Positions 32,895 through 44,865 of a stretch of 64,000 bases of DNA are shown here, piece after piece. Origin of the DNA: an uncultured Acidobacteriota bacterium. GTDB taxonomy: Bacteria; Acidobacteriota; Blastocatellia; RBC074. Location: contig CAWCKY010000004.1 of assembly GCA_963796275.1 (NCBI GenBank), positions 352,001-416,000 of the forward strand, written 5' to 3'. The notes below the pieces were generated by a model. The model searched no databases and was not told the origin of the DNA. It worked only from the letters and a program-made list of their open reading frames with translations. The number at the start of each line of letters is the position of its first letter. Position 1 is the first letter of the stretch. The position numbers and the translations under genes were made by a program.

Positions 32895-34268
32895 TTACTC
32901 GGGCAACTCATCCTTTTGCGGCTCGGGCAGGAAGAAGCTCAGTATCAAACCCAAGCCGTAAACAAGAAATGCAACGGCGGCGGCGCCATAAGCCAGATGC
33001 ATTGCAGGTGTCGTGCCGGGCATCACAGCCGCGATTTGAGTCGTCAATAATGCCGCGGATGTTCCGACCATGCGCCCGCCGATATTTGCCGCGAAACTCT
33101 CGCCGGTTCCGCGTAGATGCGTGGGATAGACGCGCGGCAGATAGTTTCCCCAAAAACTCAACTGCGCAATAGTCAGCATCCCCGCAAAAAATATTCCCCA
33201 TTTCAGCAACGCGAGATTGCTCACCGCCGGGAAAATAAAGACGAGCGGAATCAGGATCAATCCCGGAATCTGGAAAATACGGATCAGGTTGCGACGCGAT
33301 GCGATTCGAATGGCGAGAAAGGCGAGCAGGAACCTTCCGACCAATCCGCCAAGCTCCTGTATTGACTGGACGCCTGCGACGACCGCCTGCCGCTCGGGCC
33401 TCGACAGGCCTTGAACTTCGGGGAGCCCGGGCACGATCTGCGGAAGTTGCTGGATCGCACCGAACGCCGCGGCGAGACTGCACGCAAACATGGCAGCTGT
33501 GACCAAAGTCGTTTTGCGAAATGCGGGCCTAAAGATCTCAGCTAAGCTCGGCCGCTTCAAAGTGCCGGCCGCCTTCTTTTCCTGCCAGACCGGCGACTCA
33601 GGCAGGAATGGCCGGATGATGATCAAGGGTATGGCGGGGATCAGCCCTGAGATCAGCAGGTAACGCCATTGTTCTTGCCCGCCGTGAATCATGGGCAGCG
33701 AGTCTATGTTTTTAGCGATCAAAAACGCGACTCCACTCACCATGACACCGCCGAGAGAGGAGAAGGCCTGTGTATAGCCGAGGACGGACTCGCGCTGTCT
33801 CGGATTCTGGAATAGCTCGGCAAGCCATGCTACTGCCGCGACGAACTCGACGCAGACGCCGATAAACGTCGTGCTGCGCAGGAAGAGCAGGACGGGGAGT
33901 GAGGTGGCAAAACCGGCCGCAAATGCCGATATTGCATAGACCAATATGCTCCACGTCAATACGCGGCGCCGACCGAATCGATCTGTCAAATATCCGCCGA
34001 GCAACCCGAAGACGCCTCCGGCCACCGCCGGCACATAAAAGAAGAGGTCCCTCCATTGCGTGTACTCGGGGCTGCCGAATTGCAAGCCTCCGATCGACTC
34101 GAGAGCCGGACGGATGATCAGCGGAAGCATCAACAACTCATAAGTATCGAATGCGAAGCCGATAACGGCGATGATACAGATGAGCCATTGGATCGAGGTT
34201 AAGCGCGGGTTTTTTTCAATTGATGAATACGATAATTTTGCCATGAGATGATGGTAATTTGTTATCAC
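32895..34268 (-). CDS. MFS transporter
   Basis: GFAFDTYE, GYLTDRFGRRRVL, YPTHLRGTG; start may be ATG 34244. Confidence 0.88.
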   Translation of the reverse strand: MITNYHHLMAKLSYSSIEKNPRLTSIQWLICIIAVIGFAFDTYELLMLPLIIRPALESIGGLQFGSPEYTQWRDLFFYVPAVAGGVFGLLGGYLTDRFGRRRVLTWSILVYAISAFAAGFATSLPVLLFLRSTTFIGVCVEFVAAVAWLAELFQNPRQRESVLGYTQAFSSLGGVMVSGVAFLIAKNIDSLPMIHGGQEQWRYLLISGLIPAIPLIIIRPFLPESPVWQEKKAAGTLKRPSLAEIFRPAFRKTTLVTAAMFACSLAAAFGAIQQLPQIVPGLPEVQGLSRPERQAVVAGVQSIQELGGLVGRFLLAFLAIRIASRRNLIRIFQIPGLILIPLVFIFPAVSNLALLKWGIFFAGMLTIAQLSFWGNYLPRVYPTHLRGTGESFAANIGGRMVGTSAALLTTQIAAVMPGTTPAMHLAYGAAAVAFLVYGLGLILSFFLPEPQKDELPE

Positions 34269-34458
34269 CTAAATCAGAGTACGACATCATTGAGACACCA
34301 GGTTGAGCGACGGATTTGTGCCGGGTACGACGAATTTGATACAGATAAATCCGTATATCTACGTCGCAACTGTAAAAATCCGCAGTTAATCCTGGCATCC
34401 CAATCTCGATATGAATCGATTCAGGAGAATCTAGCGTAGAAAGCCGGCCAGATCAAAG

Positions 34459-36078
34459 CTAATGAGAGCTCGATTCGGGAAAATAGCGGTTCAGTGTCTT
34501 CTCATCCGGCTTCTTAGTAATCAGTGAAACGAAGTACATCAACATGGCTGAAACTATGACCATCGGCACTACCGGTAAAAACCCGAAGACGGCGGTACCA
34601 CCAGGCGTGCGCTCTAGGACTGGGATGCCGCCAACCGACCAGGCAACTCCCGGGGCTGTCACGATGGTTTGAAACAAAGCGACCGCGATCACGCTTCCTG
34701 CTGCCCACAGCGCGCAAGCCAGCGCGCCCCACTTCGTGCTGCGTCTCCAGAAGAGCGCGCCTACCAGCAGCGGCATCAATGCCGAATAGCCCGAGAACGC
34801 GTACTGCACCGCCAGATCGAAAATCGGCTGCGGGAATTCAAGCGCTATGGCATAGGCGATGAGCGTGAGCACGATGACGAAGATGCGACCGGTGACGACC
34901 TGCGCCATTTCTCCGAATCTCTCTTTACCCTCGTAAAAAGCGAAGACGTCTTCGGAGAACATGGTTGAGAGCGCCAGTATCTGCGAATCGCTCGCCATCA
35001 CCGCAGCCATAATCGCGGCACCGAGCAGTCCTGCCAGCCAGAGAGGCGCATAATGCTCGAGCAAACGCAGCAGGACATCGTCACCCGCAGCTTTTGCGCG
35101 CAGCTCGTTTTTCTGCTCCGGCGTGAGCGCAGGCCCCTGCGCCGCCAACTCCTGCCGGGATTCGAGTTTTGTCTGGATGGCTGGGACTTCGCTGGCGCGA
35201 TTCGCCACCACCCCCAGGAAGACAGCGGGCAACCAGATCGCCAGCATGCAGAGCGGGTAGAGGATCACCGTGCGCTTGAAATGCTGGATGCGCTGGGCCG
35301 TCAGACAGAATATGATGATGTGCGGGAAGTTGATCGATGAAAGGGGGATGAATGTATAGCTGAAAAAAAATAGCGGCGAGATCCGTTCGCGCGTGAGCAG
35401 CGTTGCGGTCGAAGGCTTCGATAAGAGCTCGTCAACCGCGCTGCCGAATCCTCCCATACCTACGCCGATAACTATCAGGGCGATCGCACCGAAGATCAAA
35501 AACAAAATCGTTTGGAAAGCGTTGACCCATGCCGTCCCTCGCATTCCGCCGAAGAAGACATAGGTCATTACCACCATGGCCACTATTGCCCCGCCGATCC
35601 AGAATGGAATCTGTCCGCCGCTGATTGCGTAAAGCGCAGTCCCACCACCCATGACGCCGATGATGATGTAAGGTACCAGCATCGCCGCCTGCACGACGAA
35701 GATCACGGTGCCGATGTGGCCGCATTCCCAGCGGTCGCGGAAAAGCTGAACCGGTGTAATGAAGCCGTGGCGTTTTCCCATCGCCCAGACGCGCGTCCCG
35801 ATCAAGAACAAAGACAGGGGCACGATCAATGCCGATGACGATGCCATCAATCCAAAGGTGACGATGCCATTCGAGAAGGCATGTCCCGACGATCCCAGAA
35901 TCGCAAAGGCCGTCATATTCGTCCCGAACAGCGAGAGAAGAAAGACCGCCTGTCCCAGCGAGCGATTGGCCAGAAAGTAATCTTCCGCCGGATGCTCTCC
36001 GATCTTACGCCGGAAAGCGAAGACGCCGATGTAGATGACAATGGCCAGATAAGCGAAGACGAAAAGCGTGGGGATCAA
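34459..36078 (-). CDS. Sodium:solute symporter family protein
   Basis: [33 protein letters not shown]; many TM helices. Confidence 0.9.
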   Translation of the reverse strand: MIPTLFVFAYLAIVIYIGVFAFRRKIGEHPAEDYFLANRSLGQAVFLLSLFGTNMTAFAILGSSGHAFSNGIVTFGLMASSSALIVPLSLFLIGTRVWAMGKRHGFITPVQLFRDRWECGHIGTVIFVVQAAMLVPYIIIGVMGGGTALYAISGGQIPFWIGGAIVAMVVMTYVFFGGMRGTAWVNAFQTILFLIFGAIALIVIGVGMGGFGSAVDELLSKPSTATLLTRERISPLFFFSYTFIPLSSINFPHIIIFCLTAQRIQHFKRTVILYPLCMLAIWLPAVFLGVVANRASEVPAIQTKLESRQELAAQGPALTPEQKNELRAKAAGDDVLLRLLEHYAPLWLAGLLGAAIMAAVMASDSQILALSTMFSEDVFAFYEGKERFGEMAQVVTGRIFVIVLTLIAYAIALEFPQPIFDLAVQYAFSGYSALMPLLVGALFWRRSTKWGALACALWAAGSVIAVALFQTIVTAPGVAWSVGGIPVLERTPGGTAVFGFLPVVPMVIVSAMLMYFVSLITKKPDEKTLNRYFPESSSH

Positions 36079-36464
36079 TCGCAGCCCTCCGGTCTGAAAG
36101 AGTGAGGGCGTGAAGACAAAAAGATAAGTGGACGTTGAGACGAAGAGGGAGTGGGAGTATATGCCAGAATTGATGCTTCTCCTTGTTTCGTTGCTACCTT
36201 ATCCCCCTGCTCATTTGTTACGGTTGTTCCGTACCCTTGCCCACCCGACTCCCCGCCTTCTCCCGTTTCGAGATGCGAAGGCCATGCAAATTTCACCAGA
36301 AGATACATCAAGAGCGACACGGCGATCGTGTAGCAGATGTGATAGAAGAGCCCGATCGGTAAAAACCCGAATACGATTGGTGTTGTTTCCCGCCAATACC
36401 AAAAGTCCTGGTGCAGCATATAAAGTGCGACCACTAAAAAAACCAGCGAAAGTCGTTTCATCAT
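36075..36464 (-). CDS. Small membrane partner of the SSS transporter (DUF3311-like) with low-complexity tail
   Basis: LHQDFWYW...[11 protein letters not shown]...WP; stop overlaps the SSS start. Confidence 0.75.
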   Translation of the reverse strand: MMKRLSLVFLVVALYMLHQDFWYWRETTPIVFGFLPIGLFYHICYTIAVSLLMYLLVKFAWPSHLETGEGGESGGQGYGTTVTNEQGDKVATKQGEASILAYTPTPSSSQRPLIFLSSRPHSFRPEGCD

Positions 36465-36714
36465 TTTTGGATATGAATATTGTATACCGCCAAGCCGTCA
36501 GGAGGCTTCTCTTTCTCAATTGCCCCCTGCGTCCTCGCGCCTTCACGTAAAATCTTCCTCGAATGTTATAGTAACCGGGAGTCAAAACGCGGCGTACTAT
36601 CCCATGTCAATCGTAAAAATTGCAACCATAGTCCGCGATTGTTAGAATTCATCGTGCCCGCTAAATGCTATCTGTAATATCAGTATCGAAAATTCTTCTA
36701 CAAAAAAATTAACA

Positions 36715-39700
36715 ATGATGACGATATCGAGAATAATCTGCGCTTCCCTTCTTTTCGTATTCTCCCTAACATACAACTCCTTTGCACAAACAACGAGCAG
36801 GATCACGGGAACCGTTCATGACCAGGCAGGCGCGGTCGTCGCGGGTGCCGATGTCACGGCAAAGAACGTAGAAACCAATTTCACTCGAAGTGCTGTAAGC
36901 GATGCCGAAGGTCGTTATAGCTTTCCGGAAATGCGCGTCGGCCGGTATGAGGTCAAGGCCGAGAAATCGGGCTTCAAGCCGGCCATATCCACAGACATCA
37001 ACCTTACGATCGGTGAAACAGCAGTCATAAATTTGTCGATGGAGCTGATCATCCGCGAGGCGGTGGAGATCACAGAACAATCGATTCAAGTCAATACGAC
37101 GAGCGCGGAGCTCAGCTATCTGGTGGGCGAACGCGCGATCCGCGAACTGCCGCTCAACGGACGCAACTACACCGATCTCGCGCTTCTCCAACCAGGGGTA
37201 ACCGCCTTTCAACAACGTGACGGCGGTTCCGTGGTAGCGCATGGTCAGGGCATGACTATCAACGGACAAGACATCCGTTCGAACGTTTACTTACTGGACG
37301 GCACCCTGCTCAATGATTTCACGAACGGGCCGGCGGGCAGCGCGGCCAGCACCGCGCTAGGCACGGAAACGATCCGCGAATTTCGCGTGGAAGCAAACTC
37401 ATACTCCGCGGAATTCGGGCGCAACTATGGCGGTCAGATCAACGCCATAAGTAAATCGGGGACCAACCAGTATCACGGCACGCTCTATCATTTTCTCCGC
37501 AATGACAATTTCGATGCGCGAAATTTTTTCGACCGCGAGCCGGTAGGCAAACCTGAATTCAAACGGAATCAATTTGGCGGGACGTTAGGCGGGCCGATCA
37601 ATCGCGACAAGACCTTCTTCTTCGGGGGCGCCGAATTTTTGCGCGAGCGTTTAGGGCGTTCGATCCTGACGACAGTACCCGATCAGAAGGCAAGACAGGG
37701 TATTCTGACATCGAGAAATCCCGACGGGACAATCGTCGATTCGACCGTCGGCGTAAATTCCGGCGTCCAGCCTTATCTGAGCGCATTCCCATTACCGAAC
37801 GGCGCGCCGCTCAACGGCGGGATAGGCAACCTGGCCCAATACTTTTTCAACTTCGGTCAAAGGCTCGATCAGGAATACTTGCAGGGAAGAGTGGATCACA
37901 AGTTGTCGGACGATCAACAGGTATTCGGACGATACACATTTGATAACGCCGAGCAATTCCTGCCGACGGATTTTCCGCAGTTCCCGCGCTCTTACTTTTC
38001 GCGCAATCAGTTCGCGACGGCCGAGCATCTCTGGGTCCTTTCGCCACAGACGATCAACACCGCGCGCTTCGGCTTCAGCCGGACGCGCCTCGGACAGAAT
38101 GTACAGTCGACCATCGATCTCCCGCCTTTCGTCCCGGGCAGGCTGGTCGGCGATATCGATATCGGGGGCATCCCCCGCTTCGGCCCGCAGAGCTCCGCCA
38201 ATCTCAGGCTGACGCAAAATGTTTTCAGTTTCAACGAGCAACTCGCTCACACGCGCGGCAAACATCTGCTCAAGTTCGGCGGCCTCATCGAGCGATATCA
38301 GGACAATATGGTCAACCCGACGTTCTCGCTCGGGATCTACAACTTTCCCGATATTCGATCGTTTCTTGAGAACCGCCCGAACAGATTTATCGGCCTGACG
38401 CCCGATTCGCAGCCCGATCGTTACTGGCGATTCACGCTCCTCGGCTTCTACGCCCAGGACGATTTCAAAATCAGCCCGCGACTGACTTTAAATATGGGCC
38501 TCCGGTACGAATTCACCACCATGCCCTCAGAGATCTACGGGCGGGATATCTCACTTCCCAATCTGAGCGACCGTGAGGTCACGCCTGGGAAGCTATCTCA
38601 AAATCCGACCTACAAAAATATTTCACCGCGCCTCGGTTTCGCCTGGGATGTATTCGGAGACGGCAAGACCAGTTTGCGCGGGGGATACGGGTGGTACTTC
38701 AATACGAACAATCAACAAAACCTGATCGTGACCGTGACCAATCCTCCGGCTACCCCGCGCCCTGTCATTCCCAACCCGACATTCCCGAACCCGCCGTTCA
38801 ATCGCCCCAGCGTTCTATCCATACGCCCAATCGAATGGGATGTGAAGAATCCGAATATTCACGTATTCAACTTGAACGTACAGCGCCAGCTCTGGTTCGA
38901 TATGGTGATGACGGTCGGATATGCCGGTTCGCGCGGTGTGCATCTTCTGCGCAACACGGATGCGAATACCGTCGCGCCGATTCGGTTGGATGATGGAACT
39001 TTTTTCTATACGGGAACTGCAACCCGTCCCAACACGGCTTTCAGTACAATAGAGCTCAAGCAGAGCGATGGCAATTCCTGGTACAACGCGTTGATTTTCG
39101 AATTGCGTAAACGGTTCGGCAAAGGCATCGACTTTCAGTCGTCCTATACTTTCTCGCGGAGCATCGACACAACCCAGTCATCGACTTTTTTCTCCGATGC
39201 GACCAATGCAACCGTATCGGCCCTTCCCGAACCTCCCGGTTTGCAATACAACAAAGGTCTCGCCGATTTCCACGCGCAGCACAATTGGGTATTCAACTTC
39301 ACCTGGGAGCTTCCTTTCGCCAAGAATCTTAAGGGAGCATCGGGAGCACTGTTTGGCGGCTGGAATCTGATCGGCATCGGTCAAATGCGAAGCGGCAACC
39401 CGCTGACGATCTTCCTCGCGAACAACCGCTCGCAGTCGCAGTGGAATCCGTCATCAGGACCGGGATTGGGATTCGATCGTCCCAGTTTAGCTCCGGGCTA
39501 TACATACGAGAGCGCGATCATCGGCAAGCCCGAAAACTATTTCGATGAGAACGCTTTCGTTTTGCAGCCATCGGGCACGCTCGGCAATATCGGCCGCAAT
39601 GCCTTCATCGGGCCGAACCTGAGATCGTTCGACCTGGCGGCGGTGAAGAATACAAAATGGTCTAAACTGGGTGAGAATACGGCGATACAATTTCGCGTCG

Positions 39701-39930
39701 AATCATTCAATCTATTCAATCGAGCCAATTTCGGCACACCCGGATTGCAGGTCTTCGCCGGCTCCCCGTTCAGAAACGCGGGACCGCTGCCATCGTCAAT
39801 GAATCAGGAGCCGCCGCTCGCCCCCGGACAGCCGGCGCCCGCTGCGGCGTCGTTGTCCTCATTCGGCCTGGTCCGCTCGACAGTGACCTCGGCGAGGCAG
39901 ATTCAGTTGGGGCTGCGCGTGACGTTCTAG
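36715..39930 (+). CDS. TonB-dependent receptor (Oar-like, carboxypeptidase regulatory-like N-domain)
   Basis: [46 protein letters not shown], terminal [11 protein letters not shown]. Confidence 0.93.
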   Translation: MMTISRIICASLLFVFSLTYNSFAQTTSRITGTVHDQAGAVVAGADVTAKNVETNFTRSAVSDAEGRYSFPEMRVGRYEVKAEKSGFKPAISTDINLTIGETAVINLSMELIIREAVEITEQSIQVNTTSAELSYLVGERAIRELPLNGRNYTDLALLQPGVTAFQQRDGGSVVAHGQGMTINGQDIRSNVYLLDGTLLNDFTNGPAGSAASTALGTETIREFRVEANSYSAEFGRNYGGQINAISKSGTNQYHGTLYHFLRNDNFDARNFFDREPVGKPEFKRNQFGGTLGGPINRDKTFFFGGAEFLRERLGRSILTTVPDQKARQGILTSRNPDGTIVDSTVGVNSGVQPYLSAFPLPNGAPLNGGIGNLAQYFFNFGQRLDQEYLQGRVDHKLSDDQQVFGRYTFDNAEQFLPTDFPQFPRSYFSRNQFATAEHLWVLSPQTINTARFGFSRTRLGQNVQSTIDLPPFVPGRLVGDIDIGGIPRFGPQSSANLRLTQNVFSFNEQLAHTRGKHLLKFGGLIERYQDNMVNPTFSLGIYNFPDIRSFLENRPNRFIGLTPDSQPDRYWRFTLLGFYAQDDFKISPRLTLNMGLRYEFTTMPSEIYGRDISLPNLSDREVTPGKLSQNPTYKNISPRLGFAWDVFGDGKTSLRGGYGWYFNTNNQQNLIVTVTNPPATPRPVIPNPTFPNPPFNRPSVLSIRPIEWDVKNPNIHVFNLNVQRQLWFDMVMTVGYAGSRGVHLLRNTDANTVAPIRLDDGTFFYTGTATRPNTAFSTIELKQSDGNSWYNALIFELRKRFGKGIDFQSSYTFSRSIDTTQSSTFFSDATNATVSALPEPPGLQYNKGLADFHAQHNWVFNFTWELPFAKNLKGASGALFGGWNLIGIGQMRSGNPLTIFLANNRSQSQWNPSSGPGLGFDRPSLAPGYTYESAIIGKPENYFDENAFVLQPSGTLGNIGRNAFIGPNLRSFDLAAVKNTKWSKLGENTAIQFRVESFNLFNRANFGTPGLQVFAGSPFRNAGPLPSSMNQEPPLAPGQPAPAAASLSSFGLVRSTVTSARQIQLGLRVTF

Positions 39931-39983
39931 AAAAAGTAGGCGTCAGGCAATTCGTTTAAGAGGTCAGGCGAAAATTTGGAGGT

Positions 39984-40072
39984 ATTTTCAGTTTACATTT
40001 GTCATTTTAGATTTGTCATTTTACATTTCATTTTACATTTATGCGGCTTCTTCAACGACAAATCTAAAATGA
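39984..40072. repeat. Heptamer array (ATTTGTC/ATTTTAC/ATTTTAG) with short complementary arm GACAAATCTAAAATGA
   Basis: Same unit family as 25106-25204. Confidence 0.7.
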
Positions 40073-40139
40073 TTGGATTGTTGCCACAGTTTAAGCGAAA
40101 CTGCGAACTGCCTTCTGCCTATGTTCCGAGGATACTGCA

Positions 40140-41573
40140 ATGATTTATGTGCGATTATCGCTTCTGTTTTACATCATTCTGTTTGTGGGCGCCCTCGCTT
40201 TTGCGGGCGATGAATGGATGCGGTTTCGCGGCCCGAATGGAACGGGGCTTTCTACATCTACGAATCTGCCCGTTGAATTTGGCCCTGAGAAGAATGTCGT
40301 TTGGAAGACGCCATTGCCGCCGGGTCATTCATCGCCGGTATTGACCCGCAATCGCATCTTCGTGACTGCCGTAGAAGATGACAGGCTTTTTGTCATCGGG
40401 CTCGATCGCAGTACCGGAAAAATCCTATGGAAAAAAGAGGCGCCGCGTCCGCGCAAAGACCGTATCCAAAAGCCGAATAACCCCGCAGCTCCGAGCCCGG
40501 TCACTGACGGAGAAAACGTCTACGCATTCTTTCAGGACTTCGGGATGATCGCTTTCGATCCCGATGGGAAAGAGCGGTGGCGTCTACCGATGGGCCCATT
40601 CACGATAAATTACGGCTTTGGCGCTTCACCCATCATCGTCGACGACAAAATCATCCTGCCCTCCGATCAGGACACCGCTTCATACCTGATCGCAATAGAT
40701 AAGAACACGGGCAGAGTGAAGTGGAAGGCAGATCGGCCAGGTGTTATCTCCGGCTACTCGACGCCGGCCATTTACCAGCCGAAGAACGGCACGCCGCAGA
40801 TAATCATCACCGAATCGTTTCAGTTGTCCGCATACTCGCCCAAGGACGGCAAGCTTCTTTGGCTAGTGCGTGGGCTGGCCTGTGAGATGAAATCGGTCCC
40901 ATCGTTCGGAGATGACGTCCTTTATATAAACGGGTGGGGGTTTCCCGACAATCAACCGGGGCTGCAGATCTACCTTCCGTCAACTGAAGAAGTAATGGCC
41001 AAACACGATGCTGACAAGAACGGCAAAATATCACCCGAAGAGCTGCCAAATGAGAAATTGAAACGCAAGGCATATTTCAGCACTTTCGATATCGATCAGG
41101 ATGGCCAATTGAATGCTCGCGAATGGGAGATATGCCGCGCGATGATGTCTGCGGAAAACGGCCTGCTCTCGATAAAACTCGGCGGGCGAGGCGATATGAC
41201 GGCAAGCGCGATTCGCTGGAAGTATCAAAAACCTGTGCCGCAAGTTCCGTCGACGTTGCTTTATCAGGGCGCGTTGTTTATGGTCAACGACAGCGGCATT
41301 CTGATCTCATTCAATCCCGCAACAGGCGACGTGATCAAACAGGGCCGATTGAAAGGGGCGATCGACAAATACTTCGCCTCTCCGGTGGGCGCAGACGGCA
41401 AGCTATATCTGATCAGTCAGGACGGAACGGTGTCGGTCGTAAAGGCTGCGGGCGAATGGGAAGTCCTGGCAGTCAATGCGCTCGGCGATGAAGTTTTCGC
41501 CACACCGGCGATCGCTGATGGAAATCTCTACATCCGCACGCAGAGCGCGCTCTATTGTTTCGCAAAACGGTAG
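40140..41573 (+). CDS. PQQ-like (BamB-type) beta-propeller protein with EF-hand pair
   Basis: WMRFRGPNG, GHSSPV, DADKNGKISPEE, DIDQDGQLNARE, FASPV, ATPAI. Confidence 0.85.
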   Translation: MIYVRLSLLFYIILFVGALAFAGDEWMRFRGPNGTGLSTSTNLPVEFGPEKNVVWKTPLPPGHSSPVLTRNRIFVTAVEDDRLFVIGLDRSTGKILWKKEAPRPRKDRIQKPNNPAAPSPVTDGENVYAFFQDFGMIAFDPDGKERWRLPMGPFTINYGFGASPIIVDDKIILPSDQDTASYLIAIDKNTGRVKWKADRPGVISGYSTPAIYQPKNGTPQIIITESFQLSAYSPKDGKLLWLVRGLACEMKSVPSFGDDVLYINGWGFPDNQPGLQIYLPSTEEVMAKHDADKNGKISPEELPNEKLKRKAYFSTFDIDQDGQLNAREWEICRAMMSAENGLLSIKLGGRGDMTASAIRWKYQKPVPQVPSTLLYQGALFMVNDSGILISFNPATGDVIKQGRLKGAIDKYFASPVGADGKLYLISQDGTVSVVKAAGEWEVLAVNALGDEVFATPAIADGNLYIRTQSALYCFAKR

Positions 41574-41699
41574 TCGATTGTCGGTTGGCGGTTATCGGTA
41601 GTAGGTAGTAGCAGTCGGTTGTCTATCTGATTTCTGCATGAATCTCTGCACTGCGCACTTCCGAACTAACCGACAACTGACAACCGATTACCGACTACC
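41573..41699. repeat. Heptamer-array palindrome (GTCGGTT)n / (AACCGAC)n
   Basis: Between the two propeller paralogs. Confidence 0.72.
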
Positions 41700-41718
41700 C
41701 ATTTTAAGGAGGCGGCGC

Positions 41719-43185
41719 TTGACGCAAAAAAAGCGTTTTATCATTGCTATCGTATCTACCGCGTTAACCATCTCTCTATTTCTGCCGGTTGCGACTGCCG
41801 AGGATTGGATGCAATTTCGCGGTCCCAACGCATCCGGGGTCTCGAACGATACGGGTTTGCCGACTCAATTTGGCCCCGATCAGAACGTCATCTGGAAGAC
41901 GCAGCTTCCGCCCGGCCACTCTTCACCCGTCCTGACGCAGAACCGCATCTTCATCACCGCTCATGAAAATAACAAATTGTTGGTCATCTGCCTCGATCGC
42001 GCGAACGGAAAGATCATCTGGCGGCGTGAAGTGCCGAGGCAACGATCACAGGAGCTTCACAAGTCGAACGATCCCGCCTCACCGAGCCCCGTGACCGACG
42101 GTCAACACGTATATGCCTTCTTCACCGACTTCGGTTTGATCTCATTCGATGCCGTTGGCAGGGAGCGATGGCGCCTGCCGCTGGGGCCGTTCAATAACCC
42201 CTTCGGCATGGGCACGTCGCCGATCCTCGCCGAGGATAAATTACTGCTCAACTGCGATTCCGAAACTGATTCATTCTTCATCGCAGTGGATAAAAACACG
42301 GGCAAATTGAAATGGCGAGTAGAGCGCACTGAAGCGACGCGCGGATTTGCAACTCCCGTCCTCTTCCGGCCGGCCAAAGGCTCACTGCAGGTCCTCGTCG
42401 CCGGGTCGTTGCGACTCTCCGCCTACGAGGTGGCATCCGGGAAAGAGATATGGTGGATTCGCGGTTTGACGTGGCAGATCAAACCAACGCCCATCTTCGG
42501 ACGCGACAGTCTCTATATTCTCGGCTGGGCGGGCGGCGCCGATCCGGGCCAGCAAGAAGATGTGCCGCCGTTCGAGGAGGTTTTGCAGAAACTCGACGCC
42601 AACAAGGACAGCAAGCTTACGCAGGAAGAGCTGGTAGACCCGCGAATGAAGAAAGATTGGGGCAATCTCGATCTCGACCACGATGGTTTCATGAACGACC
42701 GCGACTGGCGCGTTTACCGCGGTAAGCGAACGGTGCAGAATGGAATGCTCGCCTATCGCCTGGACAATCAAAAAGAGATGCGCGGCGATCTGACGGAATC
42801 GAATTTCCTCTGGCGTTATCAAAAATCATTGCCGAATGTCCCGTCGCCGCTGTTCTATCGAGATGTAGTCTATCTCCTCAAAGAGGGCGGAATATTGACC
42901 GCGCTCGATCCGAAGACCGGAGCAGTGCTCAAGCAGGACCGCTTGCGCGAAGCCCCCGGTGACTACTACGCTTCACCTGTCGGTGCGGACGGCAAGGTCT
43001 TCACGATCAGCCAGGAGGGTAAGGTGACTGTGCTCAAGGCGGGCGGCGAGTTGGAGATACTGGCGGTGAACGATCTGGACGATCTCTGCAATGCCACACC
43101 CGCTATATCCGGCGGGCGTATCTATCTGCGAACGCGCAATACTCTCTATTGTTTCGGTAAAAACGAAGAGGCAAGCAACAACTAA
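41719..43185 (+). CDS. PQQ-like beta-propeller protein with EF-hand pair (paralog of 40140-41573)
   Basis: WMQFRGPNA, GHSSPV, DANKDSKLTQEE, DLDHDGFMNDRD; TTG 41719 after AAGGAGG. Confidence 0.85.
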   Translation: MTQKKRFIIAIVSTALTISLFLPVATAEDWMQFRGPNASGVSNDTGLPTQFGPDQNVIWKTQLPPGHSSPVLTQNRIFITAHENNKLLVICLDRANGKIIWRREVPRQRSQELHKSNDPASPSPVTDGQHVYAFFTDFGLISFDAVGRERWRLPLGPFNNPFGMGTSPILAEDKLLLNCDSETDSFFIAVDKNTGKLKWRVERTEATRGFATPVLFRPAKGSLQVLVAGSLRLSAYEVASGKEIWWIRGLTWQIKPTPIFGRDSLYILGWAGGADPGQQEDVPPFEEVLQKLDANKDSKLTQEELVDPRMKKDWGNLDLDHDGFMNDRDWRVYRGKRTVQNGMLAYRLDNQKEMRGDLTESNFLWRYQKSLPNVPSPLFYRDVVYLLKEGGILTALDPKTGAVLKQDRLREAPGDYYASPVGADGKVFTISQEGKVTVLKAGGELEILAVNDLDDLCNATPAISGGRIYLRTRNTLYCFGKNEEASNN

Positions 43186-43196
43186 CATAAATTTCT

Positions 43197-43679
43197 ATGA
43201 TTATTAAGGAGCAGAAAAAATCCATGCTTTGGGTAGTTTTCGTAATCGGTGCGGTCTTGTCCTGGGGCGTCTACGGCGTATTGCTGCATCAAGGTCAAGT
43301 TCAGCTGAAGAATCCGCTTCGCGCATTGCTTTGTGTCGGAGTAGCCTACTTCTTGATCGGAGTCGTAGTTCCATTGGGAGCATTGGCTTCCCAAAATCTA
43401 TTGAGCTCAGAAGGCTTCAACTTTTCAGGCACGATGACCGCGACTGTCGCGGGCGCGCTGGGCGCCATCGGCGCAGTCTGCATCATCTGGGCATTCAAGT
43501 CAGGGGGGCTGCCGACTTACGTAATGCCACTGGTTTTCGGCGGCGCGCCGTTGGTCAATGTGATGGTTACGATGGTCCTTCACCCGCCCAAGTCCTCGAT
43601 CAATCCCCTGCTCTTTGTCGGTTTCATACTGGTGGCAATCGGGGCGAGTCTGGTTTTGTATTTCAGGCCACAATCTTGA
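43197..43679 (+). CDS. Small multi-pass membrane protein (DMT/EamA-like half)
   Basis: About 5 hydrophobic helices, SWGVYG, MPLVFGGAPLVN. Confidence 0.75.
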   Translation: MIIKEQKKSMLWVVFVIGAVLSWGVYGVLLHQGQVQLKNPLRALLCVGVAYFLIGVVVPLGALASQNLLSSEGFNFSGTMTATVAGALGAIGAVCIIWAFKSGGLPTYVMPLVFGGAPLVNVMVTMVLHPPKSSINPLLFVGFILVAIGASLVLYFRPQS

Positions 43680-43744
43680 GGGAGGGTGTTCGATCAGGAT
43701 CCGCCGGTTGACGAGGAGTGTATAATCATGGTGGAGATAAACCA

Positions 43745-44641
43745 ATGGTTACAGCGAACAGGTCGATTGATGAACGCAGGTTGGCTGGTGATTCTCATGA
43801 GAGATCATCCAAGATCATCGATAAAAGGCTCGAGTGGGAAGGCGTCAGGGTCGGTCACTATCGTCTGCGGCCGGGAGAGATGTCACCGCGGAGCCATAAG
43901 ACCCATCATATCTTCGTCCCTCTGGCCGGATCGGTAACCATAGAAGGAGAGATGGAGAATGGAACGACGATGATCCGGCACCCCGGCGTAGGTCAGATCG
44001 GCGTGACGCCTGCCGGAGTGCGCTATTCGGCAACCTGGCAGGAAGAGTTGGAATATGTATTAGTTACCCTCAGCCAGGACTTCATCTCGCGTGCTACGAT
44101 AGATTTCCAAGCCAACAAAGAAGCCAAGATCGTTCCAGCCTGCGGGCCTAAGGACGCTTTGATTCGTTCCATCGGACAGGCATTGGCGGCAGAAATGGAT
44201 TCGGGGCAGCCGAACGGTAAGCTCTATGCCGAATCTCTGGTTAACGTGCTGGCGGTTCATCTGCTTCGCCACTATTCGACCGACAGTGTGGTGGCGGATC
44301 TTCAATTTGGAGGACTGCCTGCGCACAAGCTCAGACGTGTGACCGAATTCATCGATGGAAATCTTGAAAATGACCTATCACTGGCCGAAATCGCGCAAGC
44401 TGCCGACCTAAGCCCTTACCACTTCGCGCGATCATTCAAACAAACCACCGGCATGACGCCGATCCAATTCCTCATGCAGCGAAGGGTTGAATATGCCAAA
44501 TTCATGCTCACCGAAAGCGAATTGCCGATAGTCGAGGTCGGATTAAACGCGGGCTTCAAGAACCAGAGCCACTTCACCACGCTCTTCCGAAAATTCACGA
44601 CGATGACGCCGAAGGCATATCGCAATGCGATGCTGCGGTGA
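43745..44641 (+). CDS. AraC family transcriptional regulator
   Basis: LSLAEIAQAADLSPYHFARSFKQTTG, GFKNQSHFTTLFRKFTTMTPKAYR; ATG 43745 after GGAGA. Confidence 0.93.
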   Translation: MVTANRSIDERRLAGDSHERSSKIIDKRLEWEGVRVGHYRLRPGEMSPRSHKTHHIFVPLAGSVTIEGEMENGTTMIRHPGVGQIGVTPAGVRYSATWQEELEYVLVTLSQDFISRATIDFQANKEAKIVPACGPKDALIRSIGQALAAEMDSGQPNGKLYAESLVNVLAVHLLRHYSTDSVVADLQFGGLPAHKLRRVTEFIDGNLENDLSLAEIAQAADLSPYHFARSFKQTTGMTPIQFLMQRRVEYAKFMLTESELPIVEVGLNAGFKNQSHFTTLFRKFTTMTPKAYRNAMLR

Positions 44642-44699
44642 GGGCAATAATCATCGGTCATTGATAATTGGTTGAGCCGCGATTCTTCAATTCCAAATG

Positions 44700-44861
44700 T
44701 TAAATTCTGACCGTAATTCGCCATTCCCGCCCAGCCCCCGGCGCGGCGACGATCTCCACATCCAGAAACTTTTTGATGATCTCGATGTTGGTCGTAGTAT
44801 GGCGCGAGGCCGGAAGGGTGGTGAATGAGCCGCCGCCGGCCATCGCCATCGGCACGAGCAT
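44700..44861 (-). pseudogene. rtcA: 3' remnant (53 codons) of RNA 3'-terminal phosphate cyclase
   Basis: Translates to MLVPMAMAGGGSFTTLPASRHTTTNIEIIKKFLDVEI..., matching the RtcA C-terminus (E. coli LPMALAGAGEF...SCHLLTNI); no upstream rtcA sequence. Confidence 0.82.
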
Positions 44862-44865
44862 TGGT

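Noticed and set aside
43708-43726. TTGACG...TATAAT upstream of araC as a sigma70 promoter
   Set aside because: Spacer is only 7 bp; the -10 may be real but this pair is not
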